A stretch of 64,000 bases of DNA from a virus. Of the stretch, positions 1-7,582 are shown piece by piece; positions within the stretch are counted from its first letter, which is position 1; each line of letters starts with the position of its first letter. Below the pieces are notes generated by a model. The model ran no database searches. It was given only the letters and a program-made list of their open reading frames with translations, and was not told where the DNA came from. Made by a program: the position numbers and the translations under genes. The DNA is taken from IMG/VR virus record IMGVR_UViG_3300010883_000011, positions 1 to 64,000 of that record; one strand, given 5' to 3'.

Positions 1-72
1 GGGGGTGGGGGGAGGGGGGGGGGGGGGGGGGGCGGGGGGGTGGGCGGGGCAGGGGGGGGGGGGGTGGGGGGG
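1..72. other. Near-pure poly-G at contig end, probable sequencing artefact
   Basis: Almost all G at the sequence end; typical of two-colour chemistry dark cycles. Confidence 0.7.
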
Positions 73-285
73 GGTCTGGCATGTCGTAGTGGTTCGGCTA
101 TGTCCGGCTCGGCATGTAGCAAGGCTGTGGTGCGGAAAGGCAAGACTCGGCACGTCGTGATGGCCTGGGCTGGCGAGGCGTGTATTGGATGGGCGTTGAG
201 TGTCATAGAGGTTCGGAGTGTGTTGATTCGGCGTGGTCTGTCGTACTGGTGTGAAGTGTGGTGGTTCGGCGGGGTCTGTAGTTAT
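73..285. repeat. 5-nt periodic GGY-NN array punctuated into 33-48 nt units; candidate guide-RNA array
   Basis: Phased pentamers (ggtct ggcat / ggttc ggcta tgtcc ggctc ggcat / ggcct gggct ggcga ggcgt ...) broken by GT(C/A)(G/A)(T/C)+3 nt at 83,116,154,202,240,278. Confidence 0.8.
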
Positions 286-293
286 GGGTGAAC

Positions 294-344
294 GGGGAGG
301 CACTCGGACCTTGTCACAGAAGACTTGGTCACCCGTGCCTCCCC
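294..344. terminator. Long stem-loop between RAMP gene and array (terminator or processing signal)
   Basis: Perfect 10-bp inverted repeat GGGGAGGCAC (294-303)/GTGCCTCCCC (335-344) plus inner GACC/GGTC and GTC/GAC pairs. Confidence 0.7.
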
Positions 345-356
345 ACTCCCTTTGCT

Positions 357-1244
357 CTACGCGTAGGCTACGCCGGTGGCCCCATTGTCGGGCTCATCCT
401 CTACGGAACCGTTCTCGATCTTCTTTTTCAGGCCTGGAGCCTTGCCACCCTTTACCCACGGGATGTTGGTGAGGCGTTCCAAACGCACAATCCAAAACTT
501 TCCGTGACCCTGTGAACGACAAGCTCCCAAGCCGTCTTCCTGTCCGTGTGTCAGGATCTTGACGACTTCCTCGTCCTTGAAGGTAGCGGTTGCGCGGTTC
601 TTCGGCAGGTTGGCGGGAGCCCGAATGCAGAACCGAATCGTGGCACCAACGATGCGTTCATGTTGCTTGATGCAAGATCGCGGTCCCTGTGGCCCCATGA
701 CATGAGCGCACATTTCAACGTAGTCGTCGGCTTCGGTGATGACCTCGCCGTCGCGGTAGAAGTTGATCTGTTGCCCTGCGGGACCGTCCAACGGGTTTCC
801 GTCCTCGTCAGCAGCTACGACTCCAATGAGGTGCTGGAAGGTCTGCTTCAAGCCACGGTGTTGAACGAACAAACCCTGCGTGCTTGCCATCTCCCGAATC
901 ATGGCCTTCACCTGTCGGGGTTCAATGTAGGGGCCAGCCTTGTTGATCTTGAAGATCGTGCGGGTCTTTTCCGTTTCGGCGTCGATGGTGGCCTCCACGT
1001 CAGCGCCGAACATTTCTTTCATTCGACGACCGACGATCTCCTGAATCCTCTCTTCGGTGGGAGGTTCAAGCCCGAGCTTGTTGGCCCGCTTCGCTTCACG
1101 GCGTAGACTCGACTCGATGTGCGTTCGGAACACTTCCGGGTTCTTGGGATTGCCGCCGAGAACGCTATCAAGGAATTCGATCTCCACGGTATACAGGTTG
1201 GTGGTCTTAAGGAGCGTTTCTCCAACATTGTCGGTGAGGTCCAT
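357..1244 (-). CDS. Stand-alone Cas7/Csm3-like RAMP superfamily protein
   Basis: RAMP motifs in order: YTVEIEFLDSVLGG, PYIEPRQVKAMIRE (cf. P.IPGSSlKG.lR), Gly loop GLGACRSQGHGKF; AGGA RBS. Confidence 0.8.
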   Translation of the reverse strand: MDLTDNVGETLLKTTNLYTVEIEFLDSVLGGNPKNPEVFRTHIESSLRREAKRANKLGLEPPTEERIQEIVGRRMKEMFGADVEATIDAETEKTRTIFKINKAGPYIEPRQVKAMIREMASTQGLFVQHRGLKQTFQHLIGVVAADEDGNPLDGPAGQQINFYRDGEVITEADDYVEMCAHVMGPQGPRSCIKQHERIVGATIRFCIRAPANLPKNRATATFKDEEVVKILTHGQEDGLGACRSQGHGKFWIVRLERLTNIPWVKGGKAPGLKKKIENGSVEDEPDNGATGVAYA

Positions 1245-1268
1245 GGTGATGTTTCCTGTTGTTGGTGT

Positions 1269-1631
1269 TCATGGGTTGGACTCACTGTATGTGAGTATCT
1301 GGGCTAACTTCTCCTCATAGGGAAAGAGAAGAACTTGGTTTCCGTCTTCATCGAGAGCCTGCCGGATCTCGTCGTCGACGAAGTGAACTATGATTGGCTG
1401 ATTGCTGCGCCAGATGGTGATCTTGTATGTGATCTCCTCATCTAAGAGAATGGGCTCCTGACAGGCCCACTCATAGATCGCGTCCATACGCCTGCGCTTA
1501 TAGCTACAGTAATTTGCGTAGGACCACACGCATATGATTATCCATACAACAAGGGCAACTATAAGCATCTGTAGAGCTACTATCACGGATTGTTCCCATA
1601 CAAGCTCGCTGATGTGTTCAGGCTGGCCCAC
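1269..1631 (-). CDS. Hypothetical membrane protein
   Basis: N-terminal hydrophobic helix; packed in operon. Confidence 0.5.
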   Translation of the reverse strand: MGQPEHISELVWEQSVIVALQMLIVALVVWIIICVWSYANYCSYKRRRMDAIYEWACQEPILLDEEITYKITIWRSNQPIIVHFVDDEIRQALDEDGNQVLLFPYEEKLAQILTYSESNP

Positions 1632-2338
1632 ACGTCAAAGTACAATGACTTGGACGAATAGGTATCTACGCTCTCGATGAAGTCCATTCCACCAGCCAAG
1701 TCGCCCAGCCAAAACTCTATATACACGGGCCAGTGTTCGTGACTGGACCCATGCACCTTGCGCCATTCGCGGTGGACTTTCACCATGGCTCGATTCTTCC
1801 CGTCGACAACCTCATCCGTGTTAGCGAGATAGACGGTTGCCTGGGGAGTCTCTTTCCCGCCGTATGCTAACGCAGTCACGGTTAGGGTAGGTTGTGCAGC
1901 CCCGTCTTGTTCTGCGCCAACAGCCTTGCGAGTCCGTGTCTGAAAGAACCCGGCAAGCTTCGGTTCCTCGGCCATCAGCTTTCTGGCGTAGAGCGCCCGG
2001 TAGTTGTTGTTCAGCTTGAACTCACCAGATGTCTTGATTGCGTATTCCCACCGCAGTCGTTCAAACAGACCACCGATGCCATACCGCTCCCTGCCACTCG
2101 TTCGCATCTGCAAGGCAAGCTGCTTCAACAATCGGTAGACGTGCGGATTGGCTGCGTGGAACAGCCTGAACGCTCCGTCGATGGTATGACCGCGACCGTC
2201 TATAGAAACGATGTCTTGGAGGTCAAAAAGTTTTCCCTGTTTATCCACGGTGTCTCCTACAGTTTTTTCCAATGGGTTGTTCCTATGCGGCGAAAGGCGT
2301 ATACGCGGGGGTGCTGCAATTCGCATGTTTGAGGACAC
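1583..2338 (-). CDS. Conserved phage hypothetical protein
   Basis: FH.ANP.VY...LRW...FKLNNNYRALYARKLM...GFF.TR motif common in phage ORFs. Confidence 0.6.
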   Translation of the reverse strand: MSSNMRIAAPPRIRLSPHRNNPLEKTVGDTVDKQGKLFDLQDIVSIDGRGHTIDGAFRLFHAANPHVYRLLKQLALQMRTSGRERYGIGGLFERLRWEYAIKTSGEFKLNNNYRALYARKLMAEEPKLAGFFQTRTRKAVGAEQDGAAQPTLTVTALAYGGKETPQATVYLANTDEVVDGKNRAMVKVHREWRKVHGSSHEHWPVYIEFWLGDLAGGMDFIESVDTYSSKSLYFDVWASLNTSASLYGNNP

Positions 2339-2353
2339 CAGCCTTCCATCATG

Positions 2354-2611
2354 TCATCTGCTAAACGGCTTGCGTGGTTCGTGGCGAGCGTGAGGTTGTC
2401 TGCCCAGAACCGGAAAGTCGTGCTGTCCTGTTCTGGTTTCTCGTCGCCGTTTCCGCCGATGATCAGAAGCTCGTAGGGAATACCAATGGGCATCACTCGG
2501 TCCTATGGCAAGAGCAGTCGTGCCAGTCAGGCATAGGCTGTGAACAATGACCGCTCCACCACGGCTTGTTTCGGCGGTGATTGTCAGGGTGGTGCTGGTG
2601 TGGTGTCGCAC
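2354..2611 (-). CDS. Hypothetical protein
   Basis: Co-oriented gap-filling ORF; frame ambiguous with 2257-2496. Confidence 0.3.
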   Translation of the reverse strand: MRHHTSTTLTITAETSRGGAVIVHSLCLTGTTALAIGPSDAHWYSLRASDHRRKRRRETRTGQHDFPVLGRQPHARHEPRKPFSR

Positions 2612-2665
2612 ACGCAGTCACCAGCCACGCCAAAAGCAGGCCGAGTATCACGACTATACGGGTCA

Positions 2666-3076
2666 TTACGCGCCTCCCTTGAAACTGTCATCATCATCCG
2701 GCGTATCGTCTACCGGACTTAAGATTGCCCATGCCCGGTTCTCGTCTGCCTTGCGAACCCAAAGCACCGGAGCATGAAAGCTAAGGCCGTGGAGCCGGTG
2801 TGGGATGCCAGTCTCTTGGAGTTGACGCATCAACCAGCCGAGCTTTGGCAGGTTGGTTCGCCGCGTGAAGACTTCCCAGTGATTCTCTGGATCGCCCTCC
2901 TCAAACGGCGACAACCATGGGCAGTGAACACAGTGCATCGACCCGCCATCGCAGTTGTCTGCTTGGTCTGATGTGAACCCATTGTTCAGGGCGGTTCCGT
3001 TGCAAGCCGCCTCCGATGCTGCGTCCTGGGCATCAAAGTACCGACCCGCTGCTACGCTTGGGCATTCGGCCATCAC
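2666..3076 (-). CDS. Hypothetical protein
   Basis: 4-nt overlap with upstream HTH gene; Cys cluster. Confidence 0.55.
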   Translation of the reverse strand: MMAECPSVAAGRYFDAQDAASEAACNGTALNNGFTSDQADNCDGGSMHCVHCPWLSPFEEGDPENHWEVFTRRTNLPKLGWLMRQLQETGIPHRLHGLSFHAPVLWVRKADENRAWAILSPVDDTPDDDDSFKGGA

Positions 3077-3399
3077 TTGACCCCGCCAACCACATCGTCA
3101 TCTTGAACGATTCGGATCTCACCGGCAGACAACGTGATCTTCTTGTTGCACTCTTTACAGAGCCGCATGATCGCCCACCACGGGGGAATGCGTCGGTCGC
3201 TTCCAGACGCCCACTGGCTGACGTGCTGTGGTCTTACCTCCAACAGCTTCGCAAGGTCTTGGCTTTTTCTGGAATCGTCTTCCTCCATCCACATGCGTCG
3301 CAGTTCCTTGAACAACGAGTTGCGCGGGATATCGGCGTCTGGATTGGCGAATGGGTATTTCTGGGAATCAACGGCGGTTTGGAGTTCTGCGTCTGACAT
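3073..3399 (-). CDS. XRE/Cro-like HTH transcriptional regulator
   Basis: SQDLAKLLEVRPQHVSQWASG helix-turn-helix. Confidence 0.75.
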   Translation of the reverse strand: MSDAELQTAVDSQKYPFANPDADIPRNSLFKELRRMWMEEDDSRKSQDLAKLLEVRPQHVSQWASGSDRRIPPWWAIMRLCKECNKKITLSAGEIRIVQDDDVVGGVK

Positions 3400-3401
3400 A
3401 T

Positions 3402-3911
3402 CTACCTCACTTGTGTTCTAAGGATTTGTCCAGAAAGCCTGTAAAGACGGGCGTTCCTGGCTGTGATACCGCACCCAAGCTGTTCACGAATCTCTGTTCC
3501 TGACAGGCCGACCATCAGGGATTCACAGGCTTCGCGTTGATTGGGTGTGGCGAGTTCAAGGGTTTGCTTGACCAGAATCGATTGCTCGATCTGTCTCGCG
3601 CCGTCGTCCACCCCGCTTAGTGCGGTCTGGTCGACGAAATCTGCTGGATCGGTTGCAAGCTCCCTGCTGTTCTTTCGCACCATTCGTGTCTGAACAGCAC
3701 GGATGCGCCAGACGATGAAAGTGGATGGCTGGCCCTTGGTGGGATCGTATTTGTGGGCTCGTTCCCCGAGGTCTACGACGACTTGCGCGTCCAGTTCCTC
3801 GTTCTCGATGTTGGGGTGACAAAAACGGTTCACCAGTTTTGTGATCCGTTCCTTGTGTTGGAGAACGAAACTCCAGGCTGCTGCTTGTTCTGATAGTGTT
3901 TGTGGGGGCAT
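3402..3911 (-). CDS. Sigma-70 (ECF-like) family protein
   Basis: KYDPTKGQPSTFIVWRIR region-2-like motif and C-terminal HTH; start moved to ATG 3911 with AGGA RBS. Confidence 0.7.
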   Translation of the reverse strand: MPPQTLSEQAAAWSFVLQHKERITKLVNRFCHPNIENEELDAQVVVDLGERAHKYDPTKGQPSTFIVWRIRAVQTRMVRKNSRELATDPADFVDQTALSGVDDGARQIEQSILVKQTLELATPNQREACESLMVGLSGTEIREQLGCGITARNARLYRLSGQILRTQVR

Positions 3912-3918
3912 TGTGGTC

Positions 3919-4122
3919 CTATTGGCGGGGCGTGTTGGCATGAGCGCATGAGTGCCATGCGTCAATGGATTGGGATTCAGGCCAGATCTGGCCGTGGCGG
4001 GATTGCCATGTTTCCATGGAGCGGGTGTGGCAGTCGGTGACCACCAGCAGGGCTTCGTCTTTGCGTTGTAGCCAGAGGCCAAACACGACAACGAGTGAAA
4101 GGGTGAAAGCGATACGAATCAT
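3919..4122 (-). CDS. Small membrane-anchored protein
   Basis: N-terminal hydrophobic segment; 4-nt overlap upstream. Confidence 0.55.
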   Translation of the reverse strand: MIRIAFTLSLVVVFGLWLQRKDEALLVVTDCHTRSMETWQSRHGQIWPESQSIDAWHSCAHANTPRQ

Positions 4123-4853
4123 TCTTCCCCCTCAAAGGACATCGCAAGAGCGCGGTCTACTTGCTTGTCTTGTTCTGGGTTCCCTGACTTGGCGGTTTCA
4201 GCAGCCTGTATCCGCTGGTCTTTTGGGATCTTCCGAAACGCCCTGGCATACAAGGGGATCACGTCCTTCTCCAAGTCGTCAGGTGCCATGTCCTCCGTGA
4301 AGGATCGTTGGCGTCCACCGGGCGGCGGTTCCTGGCAAACGTATCGCCCGTCCCGCATCATGTACGGCAACGTCGGCCACTCCCCGTCTTCGGTGTACGG
4401 GACGAGGCAATAGATATGGTATTGGTTCGCGGTATCTACAAGTTCCGATTCCGGTGGGAACACCTGGAACGCATAAGACTCTGGCCCGATCAATTCGGAC
4501 TTGATCCGCTGTACGTCACGGAAGTCTGTGATGGCGATGTTGTCCAGCCTCTTGAGTGAGACATGGACAAATGGCGGCATTCCATTCGGGGGATGCTCCA
4601 CAGGGTATACAGCCACCTGATACCGACTGTTGAGAAAGATGGCGGCACCCGCCCAATGCGCTTTGTCGCCTTGTGCTGGAACGAGCGGGGTCCACGGCTT
4701 GTCTTGCACTACCATGACGGAGGCGTGGTGCGACGACTCGCTTTTCCGAACAATCGTACTCATGCCGTGACGGCCTTTACGGTTTCTACTTCCCTTGCTC
4801 ATCGTCGTCCTCCTGTCCCGCCTTGTGGTGGTAGTTGAGTGGTTCTGGTTCAA
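4119..4853 (-). CDS. Conserved phage hypothetical protein
   Basis: DVQRIKSELIGPE..AFQVFPPESELVDTANQYHIY motif typical of a widespread phage family; start uncertain. Confidence 0.65.
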   Translation of the reverse strand: MNQNHSTTTTRRDRRTTMSKGSRNRKGRHGMSTIVRKSESSHHASVMVVQDKPWTPLVPAQGDKAHWAGAAIFLNSRYQVAVYPVEHPPNGMPPFVHVSLKRLDNIAITDFRDVQRIKSELIGPESYAFQVFPPESELVDTANQYHIYCLVPYTEDGEWPTLPYMMRDGRYVCQEPPPGGRQRSFTEDMAPDDLEKDVIPLYARAFRKIPKDQRIQAAETAKSGNPEQDKQVDRALAMSFEGEE

Positions 4854-5274
4854 CCGGGGTACCCATCGAGATCTCCAAGACCGCTTTCAGCGCCTGCATA
4901 CGGTCTTCCTCTGTTGGTGGTTTCGGATCTTCGAAGTCGGGGACCGGGCACGCCATGTCATGTTCATGCTCGTCAAAGAAGAAGCCCTGGTCATCCGACG
5001 ACTTCGAAGGTGTGTAGTCTGTGGGGCTTCCCGCTTTCAGCCAGCAAGCCTCATGGTGGCAACAGGGCTCATGTGAGAGCACCCCGTTGACCCACGTTCC
5101 ATAGTCGATGGGGCGGCTCTCCACGCGCCCGTAACCGTCGTAGATTCCTTTCAAGATCGACCCGGTTGCTTCAATCACAACCACGCTCCGCATCCAATCA
5201 TTGCTGGGGCTCGCTGACCATTCACTCAACATAGGGTGGCCGCAGCCTTGGCAGTCCCATGAGAAGAAACCCAT
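4786..5274 (-). CDS. Hypothetical Cys/His-rich protein
   Basis: MGFFSWDC..CGH, YDGYGR, H..CW motifs; probable start MGFFSW. Confidence 0.6.
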   Translation of the reverse strand: MGFFSWDCQGCGHPMLSEWSASPSNDWMRSVVVIEATGSILKGIYDGYGRVESRPIDYGTWVNGVLSHEPCCHHEACWLKAGSPTDYTPSKSSDDQGFFFDEHEHDMACPVPDFEDPKPPTEEDRMQALKAVLEISMGTPVEPEPLNYHHKAGQEDDDEQGK

Positions 5275-5673
5275 CACGCACCCCCTTCGGCAGCGATGTC
5301 TCGGAACGGAACCCACGGGTTTTCAGGGTCGTTGTTTGAGTGCGGATCGCTGTGCTTGCGGTCTACATCTTTGAGTTCACGGGTATACGGGGCTTGCTTG
5401 CCGCCGCTTGTAGTCCAGACCTCTACCCGTCCACAACGGTTGCAGGTTGAATGGACCCAGATGCCGATCCCTTCCATGTCTACGCGGTGTGTCCAGACTT
5501 CGGTGTCTTCGTCCCAGGCTTCCATCATCGTGAAGCCGCAATCGTTGCAAGCGACAGATGACCCAAGGGCTACAGGTGCGAGGTTGAAGTCAACTTCGTT
5601 CGGCACTTCCAGCCTTGACAATAGGATTTGGTTTGGGCGGTGCGTTTTCGGCGTCCAGTCAGAAGGTAGAGTC
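5274..5673 (-). CDS. Hypothetical zinc-finger protein
   Basis: CNDC and CNRC pairs; start approximate (GTG ~5673). Confidence 0.5.
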
Positions 5674-6475
5674 ACTTGCCACCTCCCTTGACTTCTTCGA
5701 TCTTGGATGAGTCCTGGTTCATTTCCTTGGCACAAGCCTTGGAGCAAAAGGCGTCGACATTCGGTCCCTTGAGAGGGTGGTCGTTGTAGTAGCGATGAAG
5801 AATGGCTCGCTTCGGAATCAATGACCATCGGCGACGAGTTGGTTTGCGGCAGCAGCTACACCGGCGCTCGGGTCGCTGGCTTTCTTGCAGTCTCGCTTCT
5901 ACCCACAAAGGGTGCTCGATGGGCTCGCTGTTGTTGTTGCTCCAGTTTGTCTTGACGCTTGGCAGCGGTGGCTCTGCCCTTTGTTGTCCACCCCGCTTTG
6001 GCTTCTCTTTGGCCGGTGGCGTGGTCCCTTCGACGTGTACCGTTTCGTCAACCTCGACGTAGGGCGCAAAGCCCTCAACCAGCGGGATCACAACCCGCCC
6101 CGCTTTCTTCACGGCCTGCACAGTCTTCACCGTCGTCGTGATTGTCGGAAAGACGGACAGAGAATGATCAGCAGCTACAAGTGGGGTTCCTGTCTTGTGA
6201 GTCTGAAAGTCCCACGCAACTTGGTCATAGGACAAGCCTCCGCACTTGGGACACCAGATGTCGGGGCACTTCATGTTGTCCCGTCCTGGCCGTTGTCCTT
6301 TGAAGCTGATGCAGAGGTCATGCTCGATACAGCGCAAAACGTATTTGTGGGACGGATCGGGAGGCTCCAAGCCTGCTTGATCCGCTTTGTAAAGGGCGAC
6401 CCTGCTCTTCGTCAGAGTCGACTTGGAGTGCAGGATGCAACCCGGCTCTCCGTTTGTGTTCCATAGTTTGGACAT
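5672..6475 (-). CDS. Hypothetical Cys-rich protein
   Basis: Several CxxC-like motifs; CA-rich leader with RBS. Confidence 0.6.
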   Translation of the reverse strand: MSKLWNTNGEPGCILHSKSTLTKSRVALYKADQAGLEPPDPSHKYVLRCIEHDLCISFKGQRPGRDNMKCPDIWCPKCGGLSYDQVAWDFQTHKTGTPLVAADHSLSVFPTITTTVKTVQAVKKAGRVVIPLVEGFAPYVEVDETVHVEGTTPPAKEKPKRGGQQRAEPPLPSVKTNWSNNNSEPIEHPLWVEARLQESQRPERRCSCCRKPTRRRWSLIPKRAILHRYYNDHPLKGPNVDAFCSKACAKEMNQDSSKIEEVKGGGK

Positions 6476-6517
6476 TGATTTTCCCTGTTGGTGGAAAAGT
6501 GGTTGGAGGATAGTGAG

Positions 6518-6802
6518 TCAGTCCACACGCCAACCGCGCTCGGCGACTTGCGTTGGGGTGAGGTGGAGGCCGTCCTCTCGGATACGTCGTTCCCCTTCTT
6601 CGGACAGCATGAGGCCGTCAAGGGTAGTGAGGAAGACGTTGGCGTCTTCTACCAGAACAAGGGGCTTGTCATTCGTCCTGTCGCCGCTGAGGAAAGCAAC
6701 CGCGTGCCTCGGAGCACCTTGCCGTTTTAGTGGGACGGCAACGAGGTGGTGCCATTTCTGGGGATCGGAGAGGTAGTCAATACTTTGTTGCGGTTCTTTC
6801 AT
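6518..6802 (-). CDS. Hypothetical protein
   Basis: First gene after promoter at 6850-6879; AGGA RBS. Confidence 0.6.
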   Translation of the reverse strand: MKEPQQSIDYLSDPQKWHHLVAVPLKRQGAPRHAVAFLSGDRTNDKPLVLVEDANVFLTTLDGLMLSEEGERRIREDGLHLTPTQVAERGWRVD

Positions 6803-6849
6803 TGTCGGTGTCCTGAAGGTGTTGGTGGAGGGCTTCTACCCTCTACTAT

Positions 6850-6879
6850 GTTATAACCTTTTTCTGGGTATATCGTCAA
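6850..6879 (-). promoter_or_regulatory. Sigma-70 promoter with degenerate operator
   Basis: TTGACG-18-TATAAC; ATAACC-N7-GGGTAT (6853-6871). Confidence 0.6.
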
Positions 6880-7307
6880 CCACTATTTTCAAAAGAATGT
6901 GGATGAAGTTTTGGTGCGAGTTCCATTGGTGGTTGAGAGCCATACCTGTCAAGCCAAACGCTTTTCAGGATGCCGTATGTTCTGCCGTCAAGTTTTGCTC
7001 TGACGTGTCCACCGAGAACGTGCCAAAGGGCTCGGTCAAGAGCGTGTTCTTGCGGGAGCGTGAGTTGGTTCCTGGTAGCTGCTGAATAAAACTCCCGCAG
7101 TTTGGGATGTAGTGACACCCAGATACGCGTCATGGCTCGTAGCCGCACGATATCGTTTCCTGTGAGTCCGTCGTGTCCCTGGATAGCGCCATAGAGCCCC
7201 TCCAAAAGGGCGCCAACCGGTTGCCATGCGTCCATTTCACGCAAGGGTCGGACCTCAAGCGCCAAGGTGGAAAGAGAGACAAGTTCTTGCAGACGTTTAT
7301 CGTTCAT
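6876..7307 (-). CDS. Hypothetical protein
   Basis: Co-oriented ORF, GGAG RBS. Confidence 0.55.
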   Translation of the reverse strand: MNDKRLQELVSLSTLALEVRPLREMDAWQPVGALLEGLYGAIQGHDGLTGNDIVRLRAMTRIWVSLHPKLREFYSAATRNQLTLPQEHALDRALWHVLGGHVRAKLDGRTYGILKSVWLDRYGSQPPMELAPKLHPHSFENSG

Positions 7308-7542
7308 CGGAATCTCCCTTGCGCGGCATCGAGACGGTCACTTTGAATTCGGTTCCGTTCTGTGCTTTGAAAACGAGACTGTTCTTTTCGCGCCGGAACG
7401 AGTCGGGTGAGAGCCCTCTTTTCGCCCACGGGGAAGATGCCATTACGATCCGCATCGCGGGCGTAGAAGCCAAGACCAACAGGGCGTCTTGAAGAAGATC
7501 GAGCATGTCTCGCTTTCTCGGGTTTCTGGGGGGAAGACTCAT
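7297..7542 (-). CDS. Hypothetical protein
   Basis: AGGAG RBS; short overlap with next gene. Confidence 0.55.
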   Translation of the reverse strand: MSLPPRNPRKRDMLDLLQDALLVLASTPAMRIVMASSPWAKRGLSPDSFRREKNSLVFKAQNGTEFKVTVSMPRKGDSDER

Positions 7543-7582
7543 TGTTCTCTCCTGTCCACCCCGCTTTGTGCGGTGGTGTCGT

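Noticed and set aside
73-285. Canonical CRISPR array
   Set aside because: No identical 23-47 nt repeats with unique spacers; constant and variable positions alternate every 5 nt.
40-515. Plus-strand ORFs 40-291, 233-472, 288-515
   Set aside because: Low-complexity translations of poly-G or the array, or antisense to the RAMP gene.
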